A DNA stretch of 64,000 bases from a virus (IMGVR_UViG_3300014204_000009:1-64000); one strand, 5' to 3'. Shown: positions 31,601 to 38,634, counted from the stretch's first letter. The notes: generated by a model from the letters alone, not told the origin. Translations and numbers: made by a program.

Positions 31601-34221
31601 TTACTTATATTTATTCAGATAAATGGAATAAAGATGCAAATGCTATTTATGATGAATATAATGCAATTGTAGCAAGAAATCCTAAGAATAGAGAATTATC
31701 TGAAGCTAAGAAAAATAGAAATATTAAATTAAGACAACTTTCTATTAATATAGATATTCGATTTAAGTTCAGACCTAATTTTTCTACTACTGAAAAAGGG
31801 TATGAATTCAAAAATGATATTGAATATTATAATTACTTAAAGAAAGAGTTTGGAGAAGAGATATTCAAGGAACATATGGCTGATGCTGAACTTAAATATG
31901 AACAATATTTAAAAGAACTTGAATACACTACTAAAAGTATAGAAGAGGATGTAAGTATTAAAGATAAAATTGGAGAAATTGCAAAATGGAAGATGAGAAA
32001 TGATCCTCTAATTGGACTTGATATTAGATATGGAGCTAAGATTGAAAATCCTATTACTATTATTGAAAATCATACTGGAAATAGAATAACAACTGTTCCT
32101 AGAAAAACTATTGCAGGTAATGATTCAGGTTATTATGATAAAGCCTATGAAACTATATTAAAGAATGAAACTTTACATAATTTCTATAAGTTTTATGTAA
32201 ATCATTTAAGTGATATGTTAAGTCTATTACCTAATGATGTTAGAACTTATCTTCCTAAGAACTTCTTACCTTATATGTTAGCTGAATTAACTCAGATTTA
32301 TGCTAAAGAAGGATATGAAGGAGTTATTAAGTTTATGGGAGAGAAGTTCTATAATGGAATTACTTCTCCTGAAGTATCATTATTAAATTATTCTCATTCT
32401 ACTGCTAATGTAGATATTCATGGTAATCTTATTAAAAAGGTTCCTGTTAGATATTTAAAGACTATGCCTACTGATAATACAGAAGAAGGTAAATTAGCTA
32501 GAGAAGAATATATTAAAAATAGATCTACTGATTATAAGAGAATACTTGAATTATTCACTGAAATGGCAATGAATTTCAACTATAAAAATAGTGTGGTTGA
32601 TTTAGTTGAAGGTGCTTATTTAGTGATGCAAGAAGCTACTGAAATTAGTGAAGATAAACAAGGTAGACCTATGCTTAATAAATTAAGAGATATTGCTGGA
32701 GTTAAAGATAAAAATACTACAATGCTTCAAGCGGTTAGATATAACATAGATGCTTTATTATATGATGAAAGACGAGAAGCAGATAAAGTTAGTAAGATTA
32801 AAATTGCAAATACTCTTAATATTAGAGAATATAAAAAGAATAAAAAAAGAGAGTTAATATTAGAAGGAGAAAGAGATAAACTAGAGAAAAGATTAGCTGA
32901 TAGAGAAATTACATTACCTGAATTTGAACATTTAATTAAACCTTTTGAAGATGAATATAAGTTAATTGCTAGACATAATTTAGTTTGGGGTAAACTTGGA
33001 GATAGATTAATTGGGTTAACTCAACTTAAAGGTTTAGGACTTAATTTAAATGCTGGTATTGCTAATATTGGGTTTGGATTAATGAGTAATCTAACTTACG
33101 CTAATGGTCGAGTTGATTTTGATCGTACATCAATGGGAAAAGCATTTACTATGATGTTTCATGTGTTGAATGGTAAATCTGTAACTGGTAAAAAGATTAC
33201 TAAACTTATTCATCTTTATAATATATTATTTGAAGTTGCTGAAAGTAGATATGGAGAAGATACAGATAAACTATTGATTAAACTATGGGGTAAGAAGCTC
33301 GATCCTTATGTATTTCAGACTAAAGGTGAATTTTATGTACAAGGTATGTCATTTCTTGCTCATATGTTATTTACTAAAATTCAATCTAAGAATGGAGAGA
33401 TTAGTTTATTTAATGCTTATGATAATAATGGAGAATGGAATAAAAGTTTATTTACAGATGAAGTAAATGCTGAGTGGAGTCATATGATTGGTCCACTTGA
33501 GTTTAATAACTTTACTAAAACTAGAGAAAGAGTTATTCAATTTAATAAAGCTATTCATGGTAACTATAATCCTAATATGCCTATATGGGCTAAGAAATAC
33601 TTACTTGGTAGAATGTTATTTCAATTTAGAACTTGGGTTCCTGAAGGAGTTGAATCTAGATTTGGAAATATAAGATGGGATAAAAGACTTGGTAGATATA
33701 GAATGGGTAGATATAGAACATATGGAGATTTAGGAGTTATGGGATCTATTAATCATTTGTTTAAACAACTTATTGGTAGTCAACAAGCATTTATTCATTC
33801 TAATGGTAAATCATTTACTCCTTGGCAAATTGAAAATATGAGAAGAAACCTAGCTGAAATAGGAGTGTTTATTACTATGGCTGGAGCAGCACTTATATTA
33901 AAAGCTGCACTAAATCATATGGATGATGATGATGATCCTGAAGAAAAGGCTTTGATTTATAGCATTAATATACTTCAACGTGTTCAAGCTGATATAACTT
34001 TCTATCTTAGTCCTAGTACATTTCTTAATATTATTCAAAACCCAGTAGCAGTATTAAAACTTTATACAGATACACAAAATGCTATTACAGGAACATACAA
34101 ACATTGGACTGATGAAGATTATAGAGGAGATCCTTCTTGGATTAAGTGGAGTAAAGCATTTCCATATACTAATCAAATTCCTAAATTTATGTATTTAACA
34201 GATAGACAATTACAATATTAA
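22636..34221 (+). CDS. virion-packaged DNA-dependent RNA polymerase polyprotein (crAss-like), with an N-terminal NADAR-like domain and a zincin domain
   Basis: 3861 aa; catalytic GSDFDIDKL (DFDID at 27382-27396) preceded by RIP; TTDG (~26055); LLHEGMH..DEF zincin motif (~30241-30510). Confidence 0.85.
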   Translation: MPKNCVNINSIEFKELLEQSNLNPVTLATKVSNWQDINGVDNYPTLEQIDIPETLANITINSKDDGITHINVYSKGQTELGRMLSNFAHSPFEYDGYDFASVEAFWYWYKLSNAKLSGLFGNESIVPEEELDHLRTLDGADKYFNGQITSLGAKSEGQRLAKLYKITNSISPNKTVLKEIYYLKLANNDQLKSQLQKSTLPFTHYYIMGGKPTANQYEWTAKLWEEIRDELNGKEVVESVDKIEEPINPNEVIRAKYDITQLQDDFPEYKAEGFETAEQQDVATKTIRDEIGISYIKNGDKLPVKETLEDIRKRLTGELEIYNNLVTRVTEKGFVFNESNLKKLNEQYNIYNVDDLTNRVKYFNVLITNLDSIFNRAMLQIGTLGLVIRGNKVVEQEEDIIYTDEDQSEVEKDNIGDGVDANYMKSIYGDNRLERNPKTTASFKFQLFLHSIPLTEVIDGVVAIKKNYLGRTIYEDGNRLFDLLLRDMADTEIHLGEKTSVDNVNTYTGLLKVLYDKSAIIPAYTYVLTRLIDNNNYGLATEFVNTVVKHYHLRESVFTSKIWRDKDIVGRNNKFLDSNYFTGHKIVIQQWAEEQKHLPIVKDENGNLSINLDEVHKIRDDWKQYIANLDARQKEEKVSIYTLIKTDAFKQKFTDTLASVGIVLKPEIVDTIIATSKKTLGQEFTTAMRLANTKGIAITDSFMYYLFNAFEPKENEIIDPEETRLSINNPIFGAKSENSINRIAKIAYQNSSEYYGLNTLDGKNHLTWNVGDITFTSNVIRKLKQENSAYLSEILSTPFAKTSIWGNALKTSTINRGIFNISWFDATRERGRLGNSKQRDEMDNADQTFVAMNGIQRGKIAKFFMLTHGDNKMAPMITNYKQNVDLVFDSEGIFKPSDDILNKVMDEVDGDIDRIEEFQKTVKETPFTEYNIGANYFTLFPYLNPEIMLRMIELKQLTKLQFDQVWEEPIGNEKYYKLNITDKGKNIIRDIVSKACVKGITYTVQDWVKQGIIINKDGNYSSTLMDKTYLDGLTGTQHRKMIVAAADFYLNYLIAYSEMYRLIDGDPAIYTKLDTNGNIDQYATLDFLKKRLKGTISPHIAGRWEENYYNRIVLANRKIDLDIPEYNRRIGIGRYLGIDTTDGFEHTTVKESLKFKRAYHLIEEDTYHEMMKIIKDAKNGYYEFKDPKHIAVVLQQDKPIAFTTKLHDKYKMMMVHFTKSSSVPLIPQFTRGLEIDKLRRFMESNNIDRASYKSSEKLGSKKLVKVWGSTGKLSTKWDEFEKEFKSTSDDYIETLSRDDMGMQQQLPYGKTKGLTSSQLDKNLFFQARNFDRFQYKGINGKDGVSGAYLENEKDKIKQRLMTLGLDRLINKFGLIMRPDGTIQTVDLNKIRTALIKEAQDRHWDTQDIKGLKLTEDGTQFIVPLFFNNSVDRIQSLLLSVVTNEVVKHKMPEIGYLQSPAAGIRILIQDEVDINNLGIIATTKFDPKVGLLPVNVNQPAQVLVTWNFKDSNGKLLDINKFVKDGKIDYDLLPEDVLQMISLRIPNHGHNTSLPVEIVGFITDNQMYGDTIIVPDTITRQMGSDFDIDKLYSYITNYFYNKETGGIKKISEESLIELKEGLESLTMEHQIDVVKLDELHLRKTTLEGTVLKPEDREIRDIEVGEINQELSALNAKIADNTGIMDDMRKNIELHTEEALLKQDYKDIHWSVLTHEKVLDYIIAPLETGDIEAEVEKLYIPERQYINTFQYQRDAYKNQREGESQIPMFALQVTFNSVIENYGIEYWTKKVINDRLVEVPGEIRFKDDNDKPIILTRFSGNGVSSFNGQTRTKQQNINTQLGAALDNKGLGNVGINSITIPASIAITQLETNEAIGLDLRYNTRFLSQEAVKLIVNDIETNLRSTSTKYFKNMYTIKSSALNKVDNYFASKITNPIKKSDDYIKSLAFSPKDLMDMFNINSQDKTKNDDYYASQLAVVRQYAELTKIGDDIIKSRRAILSPITNGAGTNFAKAISLQKDIESLKSNTTLHNIGKILGHSIEGQEYNLRSLIPDTEYGLAAKNVVQLATELGKQLLPIEAGVFDHVETLYLSLTGLEDVSTNMRNTLIKDFKKFIYAGNPALYKIKDVSIERERLLFDSKTSRSLVNRLRIYKDGKGSKNPYTSKLATDKGVTKGSPDVIRYKGIRGTGIFEEENIVYLVDMLLSSDKEIRDLAQDLITYSYIIGNVNGSMSFNRFAPIEYLEQIGFNKVFRSINQIMKDSDSFDPFSSVFIFDFFRHHPNYANSIEAKNISKILKTDSDKIPTLFTVPRMDADNNVAYDVIIWDKFGTNPRYPLLVSRYNEKANHWYIYEKIGTDPNGETVYQAISTLGEANVRRSNVSEYNFKGAIKSILSANNVPDTTTVINLEVPNRRKELNIFNETPNGIDYSSTTDYFKENMSELVDDRLANLTNDYKTSFENTIGQIGGSPFYSTLSKIIEKKLKEQHLHFKVERDFNITAAAETDFNVKTVTINPLNVLNTFNRLDFATNEEFAAKSLDANLLHEGMHTITRFATRNRNNNSMQVNAILFSLDKTMAKAIEELSKTNPNLKDEIKTFQEVIEKNKNNTLTAQDLEGLKSNIAYALSNTDEFISGLFTNKELQKALNDIKYDKDQTLLERIIDLLSTFIKYLGEELGIQVNEDSLLYAGIHDIINLINLPEVNNNAIEFDTAKLANYTVYNPLEPEVKILINELAQLRNTYTGRYTEGTVSQVDSDKVTSTSIEDRNLWQNRIADINSSIEMININQSPTSIEDAIKLQFEFVEHILNKNTTNPKELLQASNIVNAFNSNTTELYMSEAQLYQPTNPYNEMWSRINRIAKDLDLRLMDRWRNLISDKNNESQTINYTPEEIETIKDYDPELITRLKTKGTNLRYVRQHSRMLSMNTDPSLLNEPIADVISLITESANSNLTAKLVKFLDKINEEFNILYKNPEAKRLWNTGIIDQKDDKGNSTGRFTYIYSDKWNKDANAIYDEYNAIVARNPKNRELSEAKKNRNIKLRQLSINIDIRFKFRPNFSTTEKGYEFKNDIEYYNYLKKEFGEEIFKEHMADAELKYEQYLKELEYTTKSIEEDVSIKDKIGEIAKWKMRNDPLIGLDIRYGAKIENPITIIENHTGNRITTVPRKTIAGNDSGYYDKAYETILKNETLHNFYKFYVNHLSDMLSLLPNDVRTYLPKNFLPYMLAELTQIYAKEGYEGVIKFMGEKFYNGITSPEVSLLNYSHSTANVDIHGNLIKKVPVRYLKTMPTDNTEEGKLAREEYIKNRSTDYKRILELFTEMAMNFNYKNSVVDLVEGAYLVMQEATEISEDKQGRPMLNKLRDIAGVKDKNTTMLQAVRYNIDALLYDERREADKVSKIKIANTLNIREYKKNKKRELILEGERDKLEKRLADREITLPEFEHLIKPFEDEYKLIARHNLVWGKLGDRLIGLTQLKGLGLNLNAGIANIGFGLMSNLTYANGRVDFDRTSMGKAFTMMFHVLNGKSVTGKKITKLIHLYNILFEVAESRYGEDTDKLLIKLWGKKLDPYVFQTKGEFYVQGMSFLAHMLFTKIQSKNGEISLFNAYDNNGEWNKSLFTDEVNAEWSHMIGPLEFNNFTKTRERVIQFNKAIHGNYNPNMPIWAKKYLLGRMLFQFRTWVPEGVESRFGNIRWDKRLGRYRMGRYRTYGDLGVMGSINHLFKQLIGSQQAFIHSNGKSFTPWQIENMRRNLAEIGVFITMAGAALILKAALNHMDDDDDPEEKALIYSINILQRVQADITFYLSPSTFLNIIQNPVAVLKLYTDTQNAITGTYKHWTDEDYRGDPSWIKWSKAFPYTNQIPKFMYLTDRQLQY

Positions 34222-34237
34222 ATGGTATAGTGCCATT

Positions 34238-34330
34238 AAGAAAATGAAATAGCATAGCAATGGAGAGAATTACTAATAGGATTGCTACGCTTATGCTACT
34301 GGGCAGATCGAAACTTCTGCTACAAATTAT
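34238..34330. repeat. left arm of an imperfect inverted repeat flanking the peptidase gene
   Basis: AAGAAAATGAAA..AGCAAT.GAGAGAATT...GCTACAAATTAT is complementary to 34675-34721. Confidence 0.7.
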
Positions 34331-34375
34331 ACTACAAATTATAAAGGTAATAAATCAAATCTAAATTAAAAAAGT

Positions 34376-34678
34376 ATGAAATTAAAAGAAGGTGTAATAA
34401 TAGTTGGTGAAAGACCAGAAATAGTATCTGCATTAGCTATTGCGGATCAAGTTTATAAAGAAGTTGCTAAGAAAGAATTAGTAGTTACTAGTATAATGGA
34501 TGGAAAACATGGTACACACTCATTACATTATAAAGGTTACGCAGCAGACTTACGCATAAGAGATTTAACTCCTAAGGAGCAAGCGGGGATATTAGTTGAA
34601 CTTAAAACTAAATTAGGTAAAGATTATGATGTAGTATTAGAAATAGATCATTTTCATATAGAATATGATCCTAAATAA
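34376..34678 (+). CDS. peptidase M15-like (Hedgehog/DD-peptidase fold) endolysin candidate
   Basis: VTS..DGKH..SLHYKGYAADLR (H-x6-D) and DHFHIEYD zinc ligands. Confidence 0.75.
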   Translation: MKLKEGVIIVGERPEIVSALAIADQVYKEVAKKELVVTSIMDGKHGTHSLHYKGYAADLRIRDLTPKEQAGILVELKTKLGKDYDVVLEIDHFHIEYDPK

Positions 34679-34721
34679 TTTGTAGCAATTCTTCTCTATT
34701 GCTTCACTCTTTCATTTTCTT
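34675..34721. repeat. right arm of the imperfect inverted repeat
   Basis: ATAATTTGTAGC AATTCTTCTCT ATTGCT...TTTCATTTTCTT. Confidence 0.7.
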
Positions 34722-34740
34722 TGGGCGTTGCCCTAGTAGT

Positions 34741-34780
34741 AAAAAAAATAGCAGGGCAATTAGCTCTGCTATTCTTGTTT
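34741..34780. terminator. probable bidirectional intrinsic terminator at the convergence point
   Basis: A8 run, then the AATAGCAGGGC-aatta-GCTCTGCTATT hairpin, then a T-rich tail. Confidence 0.7.
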
Positions 34781-35215
34781 TAAAGGATTCTGTTTAATAA
34801 ACCAATTAGGTTTAAATATAGATAAAAACTCCTCAGTTGTATTAATAATCATATTACCTTTTAAGTTATTACATTTAATATGAGCTGGAAAAAGATTATT
34901 AAATTTATTACTTCCTCCTTTACTCAATGGAATTTTATGATCTCTACTAAATTGACTTTTATAAAGTATATCTTCTCCACATAACCAACATTTTCCATTA
35001 GTTTTTGCTAGTATTCTATCATTATATTTAATATTTTCTCTACTATCTTTAGATTTATTTAATCTAATTGTTTTATTAACTTTATTAGTTATGGGAGTTA
35101 TACCCATTAATTTCATTCTTTCTTTTCTAGGTAAAGATTGATATTCTAGTAAACAGATATTATATGTTCTACAGAACCAATACTGGCAAGAACTCATATT
35201 TACACAATTACTCAT
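34769..35215 (-). CDS. HNH endonuclease
   Basis: CWLCG...RDHKIPLSKGGSNKFNNLFPAHIKCNNLKG. Confidence 0.85.
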   Translation of the reverse strand: MSNCVNMSSCQYWFCRTYNICLLEYQSLPRKERMKLMGITPITNKVNKTIRLNKSKDSRENIKYNDRILAKTNGKCWLCGEDILYKSQFSRDHKIPLSKGGSNKFNNLFPAHIKCNNLKGNMIINTTEEFLSIFKPNWFIKQNPLKQE

Positions 35216-35478
35216 ACTCCTTTACTATATTTATTAGTAATAGATAAAATATTATCTAACATTAAATTACCACTACGTGTACAAATATCATTTCCATCTA
35301 CCCTTAGTCTTTTTATTGTATCAATAATAATATTAACTTCATTTTTTGAAGTATAATGATTTTCTAAATAACTAATATACCAATCTTTTTGATTATTAAT
35401 AGATTCTTCATTATAATCTTTTTTTTGTTGATCTGTTAAACTTTCTATAAACCATTTAAATTGAATAGTATTTTTCAT
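35212..35478 (-). CDS. hypothetical protein
   Basis: 88 aa; AAAACTATG start context; ATGA overlap with the HNH gene. Confidence 0.5.
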   Translation of the reverse strand: MKNTIQFKWFIESLTDQQKKDYNEESINNQKDWYISYLENHYTSKNEVNIIIDTIKRLRVDGNDICTRSGNLMLDNILSITNKYSKGV

Positions 35479-35516
35479 AGTTTTATAATTTATAATATTA
35501 ATATTATTAGAAATAT

Positions 35517-35547
35517 AAAAAATAGCAGGGCATATAACCCTGCTATT
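35517..35547 (-). terminator. intrinsic terminator
   Basis: Perfect 10-bp stem AATAGCAGGG-catataa-CCCTGCTATT with an A-run on the left (U tail on the - strand). Confidence 0.75.
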
Positions 35548-35568
35548 AACATTTAGATTAGTTTTAGT

Positions 35569-35847
35569 TTAAAGTAGACTACTTAAAGCACTATAAGATT
35601 TATCAAGTTCATTTGCTAAAGCTATATTAAGATCTACTTCTTTACTAAATGCTTCAACAAATGAAGTTCCTTCTTCATGTTTAAATTCTACCTTCTTCAT
35701 AGGTCTTCCAAGACTACTTATTTTCTCATTAACTGCATTAATTCCGATTATTAATTCATCATTATTTGTTAATAATCTACTCAATACTTCTGTTAAATTA
35801 GATTGTTTAACATCTGTTACTTTTTGTTGTAGTGCATCTCCTGCCAT
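35569..35847 (-). CDS. hypothetical coiled-coil protein
   Basis: 92-aa ORF. Confidence 0.5.
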   Translation of the reverse strand: MAGDALQQKVTDVKQSNLTEVLSRLLTNNDELIIGINAVNEKISSLGRPMKKVEFKHEEGTSFVEAFSKEVDLNIALANELDKSYSALSSLL

Positions 35848-35866
35848 AACTTTAATTTTTAAATTG

Positions 35867-36016
35867 TTAATTGTCTAATTGGTTAGTTAGTTTATTACTT
35901 AAAGTTATAATCTTATTTGTAATAATTTTAATAGAATCAAAATCCCCAATTCTTTTTAATGTGTCGAGTGTGCAACTTAGTGCATTAATTGCATTAATAA
36001 TTGTTTGTGTTTCCAT
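35867..36016 (-). CDS. small hypothetical protein (49 aa, not in the ORF track)
   Basis: METQTIINAINALSCTLDTLKRIGDFDSIKIITNKIITLSNKLTNQLDN; AAAACAATG start context; fills an intergenic gap. Confidence 0.45.
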   Translation of the reverse strand: METQTIINAINALSCTLDTLKRIGDFDSIKIITNKIITLSNKLTNQLDN

Positions 36017-36037
36017 TGTTTTAATTTTAAGTGTTAG

Positions 36038-36295
36038 TTAATTAATTATTTCATACATAATGTTAAATTCTTCATCTGTATATACAATAGGATATTCTTC
36101 TCCTTCTTCTTTTACTAACCATTCTCCAATTTCTATTGTATCAAGATCTGCATCATCAGGAAACATTCCTTTTATTTCCTTAACACTTTCTTCACTATTA
36201 TTAAATTGTACTGCTTCGCCAAACACAACTTTACTTTTACATTTTACCATAATTTTAAAATTTAAATTGTTAGTTAATAATAAGGTTGATACCAA
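36038..36295 (-). CDS. small phage protein of the 'KKPVxIEAxQ' family (paralog A); likely start at MVKCK
   Basis: KSKVVFGEAVQF...GEWLVK...YTDEEFNIMYE. Confidence 0.55.
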   Translation of the reverse strand: MVSTLLLTNNLNFKIMVKCKSKVVFGEAVQFNNSEESVKEIKGMFPDDADLDTIEIGEWLVKEEGEEYPIVYTDEEFNIMYEIIN

Positions 36296-36489
36296 GGATA
36301 TCTATAAGGATAAGAAGGTTGAATAACAATAGGAATGCTATTCCATTGAACAGTTACATTTGTAAGTAGTTCAAATTCTCTCCATCCATTATTAGGAAAC
36401 ATCTCATTTAATGTATTAAATAGAGTGTCTAATTTAATAGACTCTTCTAATTTAATTGTTTTATTTGTTGTATCAATTTGTAGTTTCAT
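36274..36489 (-). CDS. hypothetical protein
   Basis: 71-aa ORF with a P/Y-rich C-terminus. Confidence 0.45.
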   Translation of the reverse strand: MKLQIDTTNKTIKLEESIKLDTLFNTLNEMFPNNGWREFELLTNVTVQWNSIPIVIQPSYPYRYPWYQPYY

Positions 36490-36739
36490 CTTTTATAAGT
36501 TCAAAATGATCATTGAAATATTCATCTGAATAAACTATGTAAATATCTTCATCTTCTGATGTTATCCATTCATTTAAACTTGCTTCTGTATAATCATCAA
36601 TTACTAATTTTGGGTAATCAACATCATCATCATCTACATAAGCAAGTTCTCCAATCCATTCTTTAATTTCAGCTATATTCTCAGGACTATTTGTAAACTG
36701 TATAGCTTTAACTTCTAATTTACTTTTATATTTCTGCAT
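36473..36739 (-). CDS. 'KKPVxIEAxQ' family paralog B
   Basis: KYKSKLEVKAIQFT...NEWI...YSDEYFNDHFE. Confidence 0.6.
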   Translation of the reverse strand: MQKYKSKLEVKAIQFTNSPENIAEIKEWIGELAYVDDDDVDYPKLVIDDYTEASLNEWITSEDEDIYIVYSDEYFNDHFELIKDETTN

Positions 36740-36751
36740 AGTTTTAAATAT

Positions 36752-37108
36752 TTAATCAGTATTTTCAATTCCATTATCTTCATCTTCTGTATTTTCAAAT
36801 TCTACATCACCTACATCATCTATATTATCATATATAGAATTATTAAATGGCATATCAGCTAATTTACATTTATTATTAACTCTTTGATATTCTTCCATTG
36901 CATCAGCATGTTCTGAAACAGCAATTACAACAGATCGATTATCATTGTTTTCTAATTCAAGAGCTTCTCTCAATCTATTAGCATATTCTCTTAGTATACC
37001 AGGTGCTAAAGCATCTTGTCCTCTAAGTAAGAAGACTGGTTCATCTTTAGGAATAAGATTAGCATTATCCTGAATTCTTTCATTATAATCTTTTCTTGGG
37101 TGTAACAT
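36752..37108 (-). CDS. conserved small phage protein (DEPVFLLRGQD motif)
   Basis: DEPVFLLRGQDALAP.ILREYA motif, which recurs in phage early regions. Confidence 0.55.
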   Translation of the reverse strand: MLHPRKDYNERIQDNANLIPKDEPVFLLRGQDALAPGILREYANRLREALELENNDNRSVVIAVSEHADAMEEYQRVNNKCKLADMPFNNSIYDNIDDVGDVEFENTEDEDNGIENTD

Positions 37109-37120
37109 AAGTTTAATTAT

Positions 37121-37402
37121 TTAATTAGTAACTAATTCATAAGTCTTTTCAAATATATCAGGTTTACAAGGATAAAATTCTCCTGCTACTCCTTTGATTA
37201 TCCAATCATTGGTATTAGCTGTATGCATACCTTCTAAGGTTTGAATAAAAAGAGTTCCCTCTTTTATTGCTCGTTCTTCTTCATTTTCATAGTTAAATTT
37301 ATTTCCATGAAAATCTTCTATAAAATTCATTATTTCATCAAAATTAGTACCATTCCATTGAATAGCATCTATAATTACTGGTTTCTTTTTATACTTAGCC
37401 AT
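37121..37402 (-). CDS. 'KKPVxIEAxQ' family paralog C (canonical)
   Basis: [16 protein letters not shown]...TLEG...[24 protein letters not shown]. Confidence 0.7.
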   Translation of the reverse strand: MAKYKKKPVIIDAIQWNGTNFDEIMNFIEDFHGNKFNYENEEERAIKEGTLFIQTLEGMHTANTNDWIIKGVAGEFYPCKPDIFEKTYELVTN

Positions 37403-37414
37403 TGTTTTAATTGT

Positions 37415-37507
37415 TTAAGTTTGATTGTTAGTAGGTTTATTATTAAATATATTAAAAAGTATTATAACTAATATAAATACTATTATAAAAAGTAATATAG
37501 GATTCAT
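37415..37507 (-). CDS. 30-aa single-TM peptide
   Basis: MNPILLFIIVFILVIILFNIFNNKPTNNQT; starts 1 nt after the stop of the upstream peptide. Confidence 0.45.
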   Translation of the reverse strand: MNPILLFIIVFILVIILFNIFNNKPTNNQT

Positions 37508-37508
37508 A

Positions 37509-37616
37509 TTAGTCAGATTTGGGTTCTTCAATAAAAGTCATATCACAAACAATTGTAATAATTCATATGATTAGAGCACTAAGTACAATTCCACAAAGTA
37601 GTCCTATCCAAAACAT
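37509..37616 (-). pseudogene. small TM peptide interrupted by an in-frame TGA
   Basis: MFWIGLLCGIVLSALII*IITIVCDMTFIEEPKSD; TGA at 37563-37565. Confidence 0.35.
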
Positions 37617-37640
37617 ATTATTAGTTTTTAAATTAGTAAT

Positions 37641-37732
37641 AGAAGGGAAGTTTACAGGACTCCCCTTCTCATTTACTCTATTAGTTATTCATTTTACAAA
37701 TACCTCTATTCTGAATGAACAACATTTAGAGT
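37641..37732 (-). other. structured intergenic RNA element (two hairpins)
   Basis: Long interrupted stem at 37675-37732 and an 11-bp hairpin at 37641-37669; the mismatches become G-U pairs only on the - strand. Confidence 0.5.
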
Positions 37733-37736
37733 GCCT

Positions 37737-38180
37737 TTATTTGCCATCTGTATGCCCAAATCCTCCCTCACCTCGATCTGTTTTTTCAAGGTCAGTAAGT
37801 TGTTCAACTCTAATGAAGTCAGCTTGTAGGGCTTCTTTTAGCACTAATTGGGCAATTTTCATGCCTTTTTCTATTCTAATAACTTCACTTCCAGTATTAA
37901 GTAGAATAACCTTTACTTCTCCTCTATAATCACTATCTATACTTCCAGGGCTGTTGACGATAGCAAGTCCTAGTTTAATTGCATTACCACTTCTAGGTCG
38001 TATTTGCATTTCATAACCATCTGGAATTTCAAGATATATTCCTGTACTGAATAGATGTCTTCGTGTAGGATGTAAACCAAATTCTTCATTAGATTTAATA
38101 TCACATCCAACACTACCTTCTGTAGCATAAATTGGAATATCTCCTGTTTCGCTATAAATCTTCACTTGTATCTTTTCCAT
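37737..38180 (-). CDS. dut: trimeric dUTPase
   Basis: GCDI, IRPRSG, NSPGSIDSDYRGE, IAQ and RGEGGFGHT motifs. Confidence 0.95.
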   Translation of the reverse strand: MEKIQVKIYSETGDIPIYATEGSVGCDIKSNEEFGLHPTRRHLFSTGIYLEIPDGYEMQIRPRSGNAIKLGLAIVNSPGSIDSDYRGEVKVILLNTGSEVIRIEKGMKIAQLVLKEALQADFIRVEQLTDLEKTDRGEGGFGHTDGK

Positions 38181-38634
38181 AATCTATTCTATTATTAAGT
38201 TTAGCCGTTATTCTTTTAATAGCATCTTCATCTGATTCTGTAATTTTAACATAAACTATACATTTATGTTTAGGAATATAAACTCTTTTATATCCTTCTG
38301 GTAAAACATCTCCTGTATTAACTAGTTTAACAGAGTTTCTAAAAAGAGATGCTTTATCTTTTTTACTTTCTATATAAATTCCCATATTATTTAAATTAGA
38401 TTTATAAAATAAATCTTTAAAATTACATACATCCATATTACCAGATGTTCCATACATAGTAACTGTTCCTCTAAGAATAGAATCTTTTGGTCTAACTTCT
38501 TCAAGTATTCTTAAAAAAGCTTTCTTTTCTTCAGGATCATTAGTAAATGGACCACATTCATCATAAACATTTCCATCAGGAGGCCAAGCAGCTTTTCTTA
38601 TAGCATCTGCAGAACCATCTAGTATATCATCCAT
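38152..38634 (-). CDS. hypothetical protein
   Basis: 160-aa ORF, possibly a mosaic. Confidence 0.45.
   Translation of the reverse strand: MDDILDGSADAIRKAAWPPDGNVYDECGPFTNDPEEKKAFLRILEEVRPKDSILRGTVTMYGTSGNMDVCNFKDLFYKSNLNNMGIYIESKKDKASLFRNSVKLVNTGDVLPEGYKRVYIPKHKCIVYVKITESDEDAIKRITAKLNNRIDYGKDTSEDL

Noticed and set aside
34290-34325. Hammerhead ribozyme (CGAAAC present)
   Set aside because: No CUGANGA core nearby.
37641-37670. tRNA-Tyr-like loop (CTGTAAA on the - strand)
   Set aside because: No D arm, T arm (TTCG) or acceptor stem; it is a simple hairpin.
37519-37929. 136-aa + strand ORF
   Set aside because: It is antisense to dUTPase and the structured leader, and has no motif support.
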